Of a stretch of DNA of 64,000 nt, positions 12,891-27,129 are shown piece by piece. Within the stretch, counting starts at the first letter, position 1. The number at the start of each line of letters is the position of its first letter. A model generated the notes under the pieces. It had not been told where the DNA came from, ran no database searches, and saw nothing but the letters and a program-made list of their open reading frames with translations. This DNA is from Octopus vulgaris. Lineage: Eukaryota. The position numbers and the translations under genes were made by a program. Location of the stretch: the NCBI GenBank assembly GCA_951406725.2, contig OX597823.1, positions 101,060,001 through 101,124,000 of the forward strand, written 5' to 3'.

Positions 12891-13349
12891 AGGCAGCAAG
12901 ATGGCAGAATTGTGAGCAAAAATGCTTAGTGGTATTTTGTCCATCTTTACGTCAGAGGTTCAAATTCCGCCACAGTCAACCCTTTTGGGATTGATAAAAT
13001 GAGTACCAGTTGTGCACTGGAGTCAACAATGGACTTATCCCCTCCCCCGAAATTGCTGGCCTTGTGCCATAAGTTAAAACCAATATTTCATTTCATGTAA
13101 AATATATTAATATATTTATGATATAATAATAATAATCTTTTCTATTAAAGGCACAAGGCCTGAAATTTGTTGGGAGGGACTAGTCGATCACATCGACCCC
13201 CAGGGTTACACTGGTATTTAATTTATCAAACCTGAAAGGATGAAAGGTAAAGTCAACCTTGGCAGAATTTGAACTCAGAACATAGAGGTAGATGAAATAC
13301 TATTAAGCATTTTGCCAGGCATGCTAATGATTCTGCCAGCTCACTGCCT
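12891..13349. mobile_element. Two older SINE family A copies in tail-to-tail orientation (12891-13085 +, 13135-13349 -)
   Basis: Similar to 60784-61012, with CpG to TpG/CpA decay. Confidence 0.75.
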
Positions 13350-14253
13350 TGATGATAATAATAACAAAATAATGATGATGATAACAATGATAATAATAAT
13401 AATAAAATACACACACATACATATATATACATACACACGAGCAAAAGCCCCCCCCCCCCATCCAATGGACGGTGCTGAATTGTCAAACATTTAAACCAAA
13501 TTTTCTCAAAACAACTTGTCCGACTGTCCCATAGGCCTCCCCTTTGAGAAACACTGATTTAACCTAAATTTGAGACACCAGCAAAAGAAGAAATAAAGAT
13601 AGACTTTTTCTATTCCAAAGAAAAACGATTTTATTTACACAAATATGCAACCGAAGAGTTTAAAATACCAGTAATGATAAGGCTGTTGACAAGGAGAACA
13701 CAAACATGGTTTAAACAGTGAGCTTGGCAGGAAAGAAACATGCCTTTAAGCAGTACAAAAACAACAAAAAATGGAGGGTGCAGTTGACGGAAGAAAAGCA
13801 GGACAAAAACGGCTTTATTGATCACATTCTCACATGGAATCGATTTTTGTAATTTTTATCTACATATCAAATTTGAGCGCAATCGGATGGAGAATGCCCG
13901 AGATCTGAGAAGACACACATACAGACAGACAAAACAGATTTTATATAATAGATATTTCTTTTATTTGTTTCAGTCATTTGACTGCGGCCATGCTGGAGCA
14001 CCACCTTAAAGATTTTTGTTTTTAGTTGAAGAAATCAAACCCAGGAATTATTCTTTGTAAGCCTAGTACATATTCTATCAGTCTCTTTTGCCAATCCACT
14101 AAGCTATGGGAACATATACACATCAACAACAGTTGCCAAGTTCCGGCCCTGTTATGTTGTGAGTCTGCCTGCAAGGACAGTGACATGAAGCTGCATTGGA
14201 TGACATCACTGATGAGGAGAGAGTAAACTTGTCGTATGGCAACTACTGGTCTT

Positions 14254-14745
14254 CATCATCATCATCATCATCATCGTTTAACGTCCGCTTTCCATGCTAG
14301 CATGGGTTGGACGGTTTGACCAGGGTCTGGGAAGCCAGGAGGCTGCACCAGTCTGATCTGGGAGTGTTTCTACAGCTGGATGCCCTTTCTAATGCCAACC
14401 GCTCCGAGAATGTAGTGGGTGCTTTTTACGTGCCACCGGCACAGGTGCTAGGTGAGGCTGGCAACAGCCACGATCGGTTGGTGCTTTTTATGTGCCACCG
14501 GCACAGCGGCCAGTTGAGGCGGCACTGGCAACGGCCATGTTCGGATGGTTCTTTTATGTGCCACCGGCACAGGTATCACAACTACAATTTTCATTGATTT
14601 TTGATTGATTTCGATTTCACTTGCCTCAACAGGCCTTCGCAAGCAGAGTTTTGTGTCCCAAGAAGGAAAGGTATGTATAAGTGGACTGGCTACCCCAGGT
14701 AAAGGCCATGGGTTATGGTCTCACTTGTCCTGCCAGGTCTTCTCA
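14254..14745 (-). mobile_element. (GAT)n-tailed SINE-like element with GTGCC-NNN-GGCAC hairpin modules
   Basis: Tail CATGGAAAGCGGACGTTAAACGATGATG, internal AAAGGGCATCCAGCTGTAGAAA motif, three hairpin modules. Confidence 0.8.
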
Positions 14746-17614
14746 CACAAAAAAAAATCTCCTTTCCAGAAGCAAAAGCATAATTAAACCAGAGTGACAG
14801 AGGCCCTAGAGGTACACCATGCCTGAAAAAAAGTTGAGTTGGTCATGGTTAGAAAGCCTATGCCCAATGTTTTATTCAATTAGGAGTGACATACAATGAA
14901 ACAACATTCATCCTCATCATTGATTTTACATCCACTTTTCCATGCTGGCATGGATTGGATAAAAGTTTGTTCAAACAGGTCCCTCTATGGCCAGATGCCC
15001 TTCCTGTTGCCAATCATCACCTGTTTCCACGTAAGGGAATATTTCCTCATGACCAAACATGTTTCCATGGAAGACGTGGTATGAAAGAGACTGCTTGCAT
15101 GATGGTGACATTCATTTACAAACATCATGTCAAGGCAAGAAGACACACACACACGCAGGCAAATTCTCTATGGCTACGTACCCTTCCTCTAACTAACCTT
15201 CAACTGTTTCCAAGCAAGGTAATATTTACCAAGGCCAGTCATATTTTCTATGCTTGTAGCAATGATAGCAAACTTCATTTACAACCATCATGTTGTGCTA
15301 AGACATGAACACACACATTCATATATGATGGGTTTCATTCAGTTTCCAGCTGCCAATTTCACTCATAAGACCCAGGGCTATAGTAGAAGACATTTGTCCA
15401 AGATGCTGTGCTACGGTGCTAAGCCTGGGGCCACATGGTTGGGAAGCAAGCTTCTCAATTACACAACCATGCATATGCTTGCACCTGGTTACTTTTTTCC
15501 AGATATAATATATCCCCGCTTTCTTCCTTTTACTTCTGCTTCCACAGTAGCCTCTGCTCTTTGGAGTTGGTCGGCTGGCTGGCCTTGTACCACCTTCACA
15601 AACATACACCCGCCTCACTCATCTCTCCTTTTTTAATTCACCCATACTGTGTTTATGCACACCTTGCGGTAACTGCTACACCTGGTTCTTTCTCTCTCAA
15701 ACTTTCCTTCTGGAATTTCCTCTCTGCATGTTTTTACCTGCAATTTTTGAAAATGAACTTTAACTATGTTGATTTCATTGGTCTTGGATGGCCTGCAAAA
15801 GCTATGGGCACATTCACCTTTCTCAAAACCCTAACCCTACCCCGCCAAAAGTCAAACGAAACAAAAAACATTCCAAAGCAAACAGGCCTCATTCTTTTTT
15901 TTTTTGAAGATAAAGTGAACTGTGAGTTATGGAATATTCTGTTGCTATTTCTAGCAGTCCAGGCAACCACATAGAAGCTGTTGTTGTTATTGTGGTGGTG
16001 GTGTGGTGTGTGACAGTCACATCCTTTACTGTCCATTGCAATTAGCTAATATTTTGGTTGTTTATTCATTATGTTGACTGTAGGAAGGACAAACTGAATA
16101 TCAGACTGTGTTTACATGTATATTGACTGTATGAGGGAGTAGGGAGTAGAGTGTGCAGGGGGAGTGAAACTAGACTGGCAGGTAAGCAATTAGTAGAAAT
16201 TACTTAGCAGGGGAGGAGGAGTGTAATATAGTAATTAGTAATGAAGACGAGGTGACAGTGACCAGCACACAGTGTCAGATAACAATGGCCAGTAGGCAAT
16301 TAAAACAAGTGGACTTGCAAAGATAAAGACTGGATGGATAGTGGGTTAATAGATTGTTGTTGTTGGTGGTGGTGGTGTCAATGGTATTTAACGCCAGGTC
16401 AGGTGATCAAGCACGCCAATCTTTTATCCTTTACTAATCACTGGACTGTGGCCATGCAGGGATCCCATATAAATGCACGCACATACACAAATATATACGT
16501 ACACAAATATACACGCAATGTTAACTGATGATGATAATGACACAAACCACTGTCACCTAGTGTTTAAGGTTTTGGGCTCGCAATCATAAGGTTGGCATGT
16601 TCAATTCCAAGCCCTTGTGCCCGTGAGCAAAGCACATCATTTCACAGTGCTTCAGACTACCCAGCTAAATGTGACCACCAGCCAACCGCTGGTGCAGCCC
16701 TTTCTCCCTTCAGTTGTCATATCTTTGATGTTCCACAGGGTCAAGTCTGTACCTATGTCTGATTGTGGTTACATAGGCACCTGAAGCATTTAGCAAAAGC
16801 ATGGTATATGCCACTAGTTTATATACATTTGCAAGTAACAGCTAAGCTATACCATCAGATACACTTATGCATCTACATACATGCATATATGCATACACAG
16901 AGTCATATGATTACTTGAACTGCTAAAAACAGCAGCAAAATGTATCATCCTTAAATCATTCCATAAGTACATGTTGGATAATGTGGACTCAGGTTCATTG
17001 CAGATAGTGAAAAAACAGGATGGGCATGCCTGGAATACTCTTGAGTGTAAATTTCTTCAGTCAGAGTTGACCTTTAAGATAAGCAACAATGACACAAGAG
17101 AACTTCAGTTGCTAGAAATGGCAGGCAAATATCCTAAAACCACACCCTACAGTCTTAAAATAGTATTAGCATATTAGACAATCTAGTCCCAGATGTCTTT
17201 GATCATGAATTTGCTTGATCTACAGCTGAACAACAATGTGCGCATGTACACACACACATACACACATCTATATATTTGTACACACACACGTGGTGTTTAT
17301 CACACATACATATACATACAGGCATGAACATACATACACATATACAAGATACAGCACATGCACATTTACTGATAGAAAATATTGTTTCCCCTTTAACAAA
17401 CACAGAAATCATTTATACATGTCGTACCTTGAAACACGCACACACACACACACACACACAGATATTGTTCCCAATGTAAATTTACACAAATTACACTTTA
17501 TTGCTCCACCAAAGAACTAATAAATATTTAGCATAATATAGTTTGCTTAGCATTCATGTACACAAGGTGTGCGTGTGTGTGCGTTTGTGTGTGCAGAAGA
17601 CACTGAAATATATA

Positions 17615-18842
17615 CAGGGGTTGGAAAAATAATGGAAACACCTAGCATCATAAATTTGAAATATCTATAAAACCATCAAAAGCTTGTTCATTTTTATGTT
17701 TTATGATCTATTATTAGTGTTGTTTAATGTTTTGCTAAAATTGCTGTTTCTTTTCAGATATCATCAGAAAAAGGTAATTAAAATTCATTAAAATGACAGA
17801 TCTATCAGATTTTCAAAGAGGTCAAATTAGTGGTGCTCATACAGCAGGCGCTAGCGTAACGAAAACATACGAAAGGTTTTGTGTATCAAGAAGTACTGTC
17901 TTGAAAGTAATGACAGTCTTTGAGAAAGAGGGAAATATCTCTTCGTCAAAACAAAACTCTGGAAGAAAACCAAAACTTTCAGACGGGGACCGTCAGACTC
18001 TTACACGAATTGTTAGAAACGATCACAAAAGTACAGCTCCCAGCAGAGCTTAATGACCACCTCAAGAACCCAGTTTCCACAAAAACTGTTTGCCAGGAGC
18101 TACTACACAAAGCCGGATTTCACAGGAGGGCTGCAATCAGAAAACCATTACTTTAAAAAACAAACGTCACAAAGCATTTAGAGCGGAGTACAAACCTATA
18201 GAATTGGTCCCTAGAGTAGTGGAAGAATGTTATTTTCTTGGACAAGTCATCCTTTACCTTATTTCTGACCACCGGCTGAGTGAAGCATTTGACCTAGACT
18301 GCCTTATTCCAGCTGTTAAACATGGAGGAGGATCTGTGATGATCTGGGGAGGCTATATCTTGGAAATTTACCAGCCCAATGGTTTCCCTTCAATTAATAG
18401 TCAAGACTATTAAGCATTTTATCTGATCAAATTCATCCTATGGTTGCAGAACTGTTTCCGGAGGGAAAAGTAATCTTTCAGGATGATAATGCACCAATTC
18501 ACACAGCTAAAGTTGTTACTGAATGGCATGAAGAGCATTCTAGTGAAGTTGAACATCTTATCTGGCCACCACAGTCCACATATCTCAATATTATTGAATA
18601 TTTATGATGCATTTTAGAAAAACAAGTAAGGATTCGATATCCTCCACCATCATCAGTACAAGAACTGGAGACTGTTTTAGCAGAAGAATGGACAAAAATT
18701 CCTTTGGAAACAATTTAAACTTTGTACTAGTCCATACCTCATAGAATTCAAGGTGTAATTACTGCCAAAGATGGTCCTACCCCATATTAAAATAAATTTG
18801 CTTGAAATTTTAAGGTGTTTTCATTATTTTGTCCAGCCCCTG
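17615..18842 (+). mobile_element. Full-length Tc1-type DNA transposon with DD36E pseudo-transposase (17793-18790)
   Basis: TIRs CAGGGGTTGG(AC)AAAATAATG..AACACCT, TA flanks. MTDLSDFQRGQI HTH start, VKHGGGSVMIWG, FQDDNAPIH, WPPQS.YLNIIE. Frameshifts and stops present. Confidence 0.92.
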
Positions 18843-19627
18843 TATATCAAATGCACACATTCAGATACATATACAGCTAAAAGCTGCATCACTCACATTC
18901 TTCTATAGACACAGTGAAGTAAACACACTCATACCTTCTAATACCCACATGCACATCATACATTCATATACAAACTAATACATACACACAAACAACAGAA
19001 CAAACTGAATGTGCAATAATATTTACTAATCTCACCAGGACTTATTCTTGGAATACAAAGAGGAGAGTATTCCAAAATAAAAAAAAAGAAACAATAATAA
19101 AATCTAAGCCAGCCTGCTAGCACAGAGTGGTTTGGCACATTAGCGTCCATCCTTCAAGTTCAGAAACCTGATTTCATATTGAGATGTTAACGAAGAAGCG
19201 AGATTTTTCTTCATCAACAACTGAGAAACAAAGCTGCAGCACCACAGTACATTACAGATGTATAAAAATGGTGTGTGCATGTGCTATGGTAAACGAGTTG
19301 ATTCATTAGTGATAGATGAGGGGCTTACTAACTTTCGTTTATTCAACAATGAGCAAGCTCTTGTATATTCGCCACCCTGCTCTGTGCTGAAGCCACCAAA
19401 ATCTGTTGTTATATTACATTTCCAAGTGCTGAAGCTTATAATCAGTGAGCTGCCACTCTGCAGTAGATGCAGCTTGTTTTCAATCGATTGACTGGAGCAA
19501 ACATGAAATGAAGTGCCTTGCCCAAGGCCACACCACTCTATCCAGACCAAGAACTGAACTTGTGACCTTATGATATAAAGTGCTATAGCGTAATTGCTAG
19601 GCCACATGCCTTCATCTTTGTATACCA

Positions 19628-20080
19628 CCATCATCATCATCGTTTAACATCCGCTTTCCATGCTAGCATGGGTTGGACGATTTTGACTGAGGGCTCGCGA
19701 ACCAGATGGCTGCACCAGGCTCCAATCTTGATCTGGCAGAGTTTCTACAGCTGGATGCCCTTCCTAACGCCAACCACTCCAAGAGTGTAGTGGGTACTTT
19801 ATACGTGCCACCAGCACGGGGGCCAGTCAGGTGGTACTGGCAATGACCTCGCTTGAATCTTTTACACATGCTACCGGCACAGGTGCCAGTAAGGTGATGC
19901 TGGTAATGATCATGCTCGAATGGTGCCCTTTTATGTGCCACTGGCACGGAAGCCAGTTGGCCGCTCTGGCAACGATCATGCTCGGATGGTACTCTTGGCA
20001 CCCTACTAGCACGGGCACAAGTGCCAGTAAGGTGACGCTGGTAACGATCACACTTGAATGGTGCCTTTTATGTGCCACTG
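19628..20080 (-). mobile_element. (GAT)n-tailed SINE-like element with an expanded hairpin-module array
   Basis: Same family as 14254, with about 6-7 modules. Confidence 0.8.
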
Positions 20081-20753
20081 TATATAATATATGGTATATA
20101 AAGATGATGTTAGCTATGATAATAAATAAGTGATTACTAACTTTATTTAACAGTGAGAAAACTATGTATATTACAGATATATAAAGTTGTGTGTATTATA
20201 CTAATAGAAGTGATTTATTGGTCATAGATGTATGGTTAATAGCTTCAGTTTATTTAACAGTGAACAACTCTTTATCATCAAGTACTGTCAGGCCAACACT
20301 CAGTAGGCAAGTAGTTTGCTGAATGGTTAGGTGTGATTCATATTATCTATATCCCTGTATATGCCATATTTTTGTTTTGTTGCACATTTCCACAGTCTGA
20401 CATGCAATGATTAGTTGCATGTGTTGCAGTTTGAAAATATACTTTAATATCTATGGATTATGCATGGGGTACCCAGAAACTGTGAAAGCTGAAATTTAAT
20501 TACTGGAAAAATAAACTGTACCCTTCCCATATTCAGGTGGTCGATGGGTATGGTCCATCTGCAGCATGTGATAATACATAGGATGCGGTTTGGTTTTATT
20601 TATAGTTTGTTATGATCTGTTACGGAGAGATTCAGGACAGGCAAAACTGGTAACATCAGTGACAAATTTGATTTTATGTCCACTGGAGTTGTTCCTTTGT
20701 GCTGATCAAATGTGGAACCTGTGATTGTTCTAAGTATGTTTGTGTATATCATT

Positions 20754-21103
20754 TTATTATCTCCACCTTCGCTAAGGCGGAGGTATTGTTTTCAGTCATG
20801 TTTATTTGTTTGTCCATGGACAAGATATCTCAAGAACCACTGGATGTTTGGCCTCATGACTGGCACAAGCTGATTAGATTTTGGGATCAGTCCAGTACCG
20901 GACAAGGATTCTGGATTATTTACCAGTTTTTTTTTCTTTTTTACTTAATTTTTGTGAGCGGTCAGGTTCATTTTTAGAATTCCCATTTGTGAGATCAGTC
21001 AAGTTTATTTAAGATATTCTCATTTTAGAAATTATCTCCGGCCAATCGTTGAGAGGACGTTGGTGATGCCTTGGTGGAGGTTTGCACTCTCTGAGTGCTT
21101 GTT
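20754..21103 (+). mobile_element. Non-autonomous Helentron/HINE-like element
   Basis: 5' TTATTATCTCCACC..AAGGCGGAGG, 3' CCTTGGTGGAGG subterminal inverted repeat followed by hairpin GCACTC-TCT-GAGTGC. Confidence 0.6.
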
Positions 21104-23529
21104 TTCTTTACATTATTGTCAATGTATTGTGAATACTGTGGCAGTGTTGTATTTCCTAGTATTTTGTCCTTCATACATGTGTGTAGGGTCTGTTTATATA
21201 GTTGCTTAGCTCTAGGTTAACTCTAATCAAGCAGGCTTATGACTGAAGTCATTCCAGCTGTGATCTTCCCATATATTTGTATATTTAGGATTAGATTGTC
21301 CAGTGTCAGCATAGTTATTGAAGTCATGTACTTTCTTAGGATAAAAGGATGTGATGTAAAAGAGAGTTGGCTGCTATTTCTAGCTGGTCAAGTTATCATG
21401 CTGAGCTTCCTCTTCCTTGTTGGTTCAATGTTTATGTTGTTGAGTGTGATGGTTGGTTATAATTGATGTTCTCATGAGTTGTTGATAAGAAGGGAGAGGT
21501 TGGGTTTGGAAGGGGTTATATTCAGTCTGTTGTTTTGCAACTAGGTTGTTAGGTTTAATATAGGGTTAGGGAAGTTGTGCAGCTATGCTTTTGAGAGGCG
21601 GGAAGATGTGATTGAGATGTCAACTACATATGAAGAAGTGCATATACTTTGAGGTGTGAAAGGTCATGCTGGGGCAGGTTAAATTGAAAGCAAATGAAAG
21701 GACAGAACCACCACATGGTTATTTCAGTTGGGAAATTGCAAACAGATGCTGATACATGCTGTATAAACTTGTCAGATTGAGAAGTAGTTTACTTGTCAAC
21801 ATTTCATATTGTTTTGCAAGGAAGTGATAATTACTTTGCAGAAGATGGAGAGAAGAACTTTACTGACGTGAATGATAATTACAATAAGAGTGTGGGCTTT
21901 TGTTATTGAAACCATCGTGCATGACAGTTGAGTGTAGAGGTGTGAATGTAGAAATTAAGAGATGGGAATATGTGGATTAGTGATGTCAAGAAAAGGTCTT
22001 TGTAAAATGTTCAAAGGTATGCAAAACAGGTTTTAGAATCAGATGCATTCCACAACAGCAGCTTCAGGGACATAAGTCTATGTGATACTACTCCAGTAGG
22101 ACATTAAAACTGTAAATATTTCATCCTGCATACTATGTGATACTACATCAGTTGGGCCTTAAAACTATAATGAATTTATCCCCATTACAGACTTTGTGGA
22201 TTTTGATAGAGTTGGTACAAGTGGTTGTAGATGCTGTTGCATTAATTGATTCTTTTAGGCAGTAGATATTTTAGATGCATATTTTTGATTTCCTCTACTG
22301 TGTTTTTGGAGTCGGACAGAATGACGGGTTCAAAATAATGGTCTAAGTCAGTGGTTTTCAATTTTTATGTGTCATATGAGAAATCAAGCAAAAAAAAAAA
22401 TTTACTGGTACATTAATATTTTATGCTTCAGACAAGAGGAAAGATTGCCCATGAAGCTTTACATGGTTTCAAAGACAGGTGGAAGAGAGAAGTTAGCCTC
22501 AAACAAGAAACCTGGTTTGAATGTTTGCAAGAGACGGGTCCACTAAAGGCACCTAAGATGCAAGGTAGTAGTGCTAAACTAAGTGATAGATTAAGTCTCC
22601 CACATATGTATGCCAGAGCAGGATTTGAACTCACAATGCAAAGAACAAGAACAAATACCACAAAGCAGTCAACCCCATATTCTTATAGTTTTGCCAATCT
22701 GACTGGTGCTTTTTTTTTTAATCTACCCACAAAAGCATGAAAGGCAAAGTAGATTCCAGTGGTATTTGAACATAGAGCAAATAAAATCAGACTGAATACC
22801 ACAAAGTATTTATTCAATCCAATGCTCCTCTACCAATTTACCATTTTTTGTATAGAAAGTATAGAAAAAAACCCCAACTATTTGAAAAACATTTTCTTAT
22901 CCAAAGTGCACCAGTAATATTTTGCTCAATCTCTTGTGTGTTGTGAAATCAAAAATGATTGAGAACTGCTGACCTAATCCTAGATTTTTGACAACTTCAT
23001 TCTGTCAGGCACCAATTGTGAATTAAATTTTCAAATCAAGAATTTAGAAAACTATGGCTTGCTATGTTTTGATTATTAATCATACTTGTAGATAATAAAA
23101 TTATGAATAACATATTTTCCAAGATGTTGAAGCATTAGAATGAATTTTTTAAAGCTTTAAATTATAATTTTAAAAAACCCATGGAACACCTATACACCCT
23201 TACACACCATTTCAAAACCACTGCTCTGTGTGGAAAATGCATCTTTTGTGGGTATTTTTATGGTTAATTTTTGATAAACTTTTAATGAGGTTGTTATTGT
23301 ACTGTGTGATACAGCATAATTATTGTTAGAACTGTTGGTGCTGCAAATTTCTTTATATGGATGTTTGACTGTTTGGTTTATGTTGAATATAAAAGTTTGC
23401 CAGTTTTCTGTTTTTTCTATATTTTCTTTGTTTCCTGATGCTGTGTTTTATTTCTGTTGCATACAAAGTTTTGATATGTAGTGCTTGAGGTTTTATCTCT
23501 AGCTTTTATCAGATTAGGTATTTCAATAG

Positions 23530-24470
23530 TCACTGCCAGAGCAGCTGTCTGGCACATACAGAGCACCATTTGAACGTGATTGTTGTCAGTGTCACCTCAC
23601 TGGCACTTGTGCTGGTGGCACGTGAACAAAACATTCGAGCAAGGTTGTTGCCAGTGCTGCTGGACTGACTCCTGTGCAGGTGGTACGTAAAAAACACCAT
23701 TTTCGAGCATGGCCATTGCTAGTACCACCAGACTGGCCTCATGCTGGTGGCACTTTAAAAGCACCCACTACACTCTCGGAGTGGTTGGCATTAGGAAGGG
23801 CATCCAGCTGTAGTAACTCTGCCAGATCAGATTGGAGCCTGGCACAGCCATCTGGTTCGCCAGTACCCAGTCAAATCATCCAGCCCATGCTAGCATGGAA
23901 AGCAGATGTTAAACGATGATGATGATAACTGGAGTTACTCTTTTTATGTCGTTTTGTGGGCAATGTTTTTTTTTTTAATGTGCCTCTGAATATTTAATGA
24001 ATGCATAAACTGCAGTGTCTATGTTGGTTATGAAGTTGTTGAATTCTTCTATTTGGAAGAATTCTATTTGGTTAATTCAATTGAGCTTTCTTTTTCTTTA
24101 TTTTCTTAGGATGTTTCTGAAAGTGTTTTATTTTGTTCATGGATGTCATAATCATCACCATCGTTTAACGCCCGCTTTCCATGCTAGCATGGGTTGGATG
24201 GTTCGACCGGGGTCTGGGAAGCCAGGAGGCTGCACCAGGCTCCAGTCTGATCTGGCAGTGCTTCTACAGCTGGATGCCCTTCCTAACGCCAACCACTCCG
24301 TGAGTGTAGTGGGTGCTTTTTATGTGCCACTGGCATAGGTGCCGGGGGAGGCTGGCAACGGTCATGATCGGTTAGTGCTTTTTTCATGCCACCGGCACAG
24401 AAGCTCGTCAAGGTGGTATTGGCCACATTTCTATGGTGCTTTTTACGTGCCACTGGCACAGGGATCACAA
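23530..24470. mobile_element. Two (GAT)n-tailed SINE-like copies (23530-23926 +, 24148-24470 -)
   Basis: Family motifs and (GAT)n/(CAT)n tails. Confidence 0.8.
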
Positions 24471-25405
24471 ATGTGTGGGTATATATTCTCCTTGTCTTGA
24501 CATATTCATGCTGACTGCAAACAATGTAATTTTTAAACAATATTCCATAAAAGCATGGGTGGGCTGATCACTAGACTAGGTGAAATATTACCTTGTTTTG
24601 GAAACAAGGGGAGGTTGGTGACAAAAAAATGACCTGACTCTAGAAGAACCTGCCTCAACAAAGTTATCATCTGACCCATGGAAAAGTGGATGTCAAAATG
24701 AGGATGATGATGATGAGAGGCAATGTGGAATTCAAATAACTAGATGTAATATGCCAGTTGCAATAATTATAAACAACTCTTGTCTCTTGGCCTTGAGTAG
24801 TTTTGAACTTCTCACCTGTACCTACATATACTATACATTCATACTTATAAACTACTTTCATTTCTTAACATAGCAGGTATCATGATGTCCCAGGCAGAAT
24901 AACCTACAGGTTTCTGTATTACTACTTCTATGTAGATATGAAAACAAAAATGTTTAAACAAGAGCAAAACAAGCCTCGTCGTATTGATATTTTACAAAAG
25001 GACATTAGCAATGGCAACTAAAGCAGAAACAAAAGCAGTTCACAACTGAAATCAGGTCACAAACTTGTCATACAAGAAGCTCGTCTTCATTAAACATACA
25101 ATTGTGATATCAATTACTTTACTGCAGACCAATTTGTTATCAATTCAGAGTAAAACATTCTCAATGAATATATTGTTTGGTAATGGATAAATCCAGAACA
25201 AAAATCTACAGATCTGCTTAATCATATTTAAGAATGGTTAAAGAACACTCAAATAGTCTTAACACAAGAAGAACTGAATGGTTCACACTTACTGATTGGC
25301 TTAGCACACATTGGGGTGAGAGAAGAAAATTCAAAGTCAGAAAGGATTGGTCAATATTTACTTACAATTAAGCATTGTAACAACCTACAAAATAAACCGG
25401 TTTAA

Positions 25406-25626
25406 CCCTTTCGTTACCAACCCAGCCAAAACCACCTCTGGCTCTGTAGTACAAATGTCTTGTTTTCATAAGTTTTGCACCAAAATATACCACCAAACCT
25501 TAGTTGCAATTTATATTCTTAATACTAGCTTAATGATAACTAAGTTATTTTACTAAATTCGTTGTTATATTTAAAATAATTGAAAGAAACACAGAGCATC
25601 TCAAAATAAATACAGCAATGAAAGGG
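25406..25626. mobile_element. TTAA-flanked piggyBac-like MITE
   Basis: TTAA-CCCTTTCG ... TGAAAGGG-TTAA. Nearly identical to 27279 and 27507. Confidence 0.85.
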
Positions 25627-25839
25627 TTAAGGTAGCTGAAAATTGTTTTTACTAAGTGTGAATGATGTGTTTGGGAAAAAAACAAAACAATAATGATGCT
25701 GATGATTCTTTTTATGTATATACAAAGCCAAGAATGATTTTGAATTGTGAATCATGATGTGCATGTTTTCCTCAAGGAAATGCAACAGAGCAGACCGAAA
25801 CTGGAAACCATGTTATGGTTATGATTTATACTTCCAGTA

Positions 25840-26052
25840 CTCTTTTATTTGTGACAATCAGTTGAATGTGGCCATGCTGGAGCATCACCTTTAGTCGACC
25901 AAATTGACCCCAGGACTTATTCTTTGTAAGCCTAGTACTTATTCTATCGGTCTCTTTTGCCAAACTGCTAACTTACAGGGACATAAACACACCAGCATCG
26001 GTTGTCAAGCGATGTTGGGGGGACAAACACAGACACACAACCATATACACAC

Positions 26053-26134
<82 letters not shown>

Positions 26135-26311
26135 GACGGGCTTCTTTCAGTTTCTGTCTACCAAATCCACTCACAAAGCTTTGGTCGGCCCGAGGCTATA
26201 GTAGAAGACACTTGCCCAAGGTTCCACACAGTGGGACTGAACCTGGAACCATGTGGTTGGTAAGCAAGCTACTTACCACACAGCCACTCCTGTGATTTCT
26301 GCCCAGTGCTC

Positions 26312-26342
<31 letters not shown>

Positions 26343-26490
26343 GACAGGCTTCTTTCAGTATCCATCTATCAAATTCACTCACAAAGCTTTGGTTAGGCAA
26401 AGGCTATAGTAGAAGACACTTACCCAAGTGTGGAACTTGAACCTGGAACCATGTGGTTGGCAAGCAAGCTTCTTACCACACAGCTATGCC
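25840..26490 (-). mobile_element. tRNA-derived CORE-like SINE family B: full copy 25840-26290 and a 5' half at 26340-26490
   Basis: Head GGAGTGGCTGTGTGGTAAG..GGTTCAGTCC, CCTTGGGCAAGT core, central (TA)n/(TG)n. Confidence 0.85.
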
Positions 26491-26492
26491 TA

Positions 26493-26533
<41 letters not shown>

Positions 26534-27129
26534 GAGGCAGAGAGAGAGAGAGAGAGAGAGAGAAGACAAACAGATGTACAATCTTAAAGACACAAAATAC
26601 AAGTAGATATTAATTTTTCAAGAACAAGGTTAAAAGAGGTGAAGTGAAGCTGAAGACAAAGAAGTTATAGAAAGGTCACTGTATAATGAAGAAAATAGTA
26701 GGAAAAAATATATATTGTAGAAAGAAATATTAAGAAATACCAATGAGGAAATAAACCACTTCATGGGAAATACTTAAACAGAATAGATTCATTCAACTGT
26801 GATATAAAAAGCATTGACCTGTGAATGATTAACTTGAAAAACTGAAGTTGTTGTTTAACTCTAAGTTTGCCCTGACTAAGTAGATCAAAAGCATTCAAGC
26901 CATAACATGATTCTTCTATTTTCCTTTTTTCTAGTTACAATGATATTTTCCCCTATTTTCTAGTTATAATGACAACATTATCCAATATGTCCTTTATTAA
27001 GGCAGCAAAGTGTGATTAAAAAAGATTTTGCTGTTATTTCTAGCTGTTAGAGCAACTCTATTGAAAATTCCTGAATCAGTTGAAAAGCTGTCTCTTTAAC
27101 AGCAATTCGGCATCTATCATTTCACACTT

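Noticed and set aside
19036-19233. Possible extra symmetric exon or 11-nt microexon in intron 1
   Set aside because: The donor is weak for the in-frame option, and the other option breaks the frame.
19800-20080. CRISPR-like look of palindromic repeats with spacers
   Set aside because: Eukaryotic SINE interior: the spacers are related to each other, repeat spacing is irregular, and there are no cas genes.
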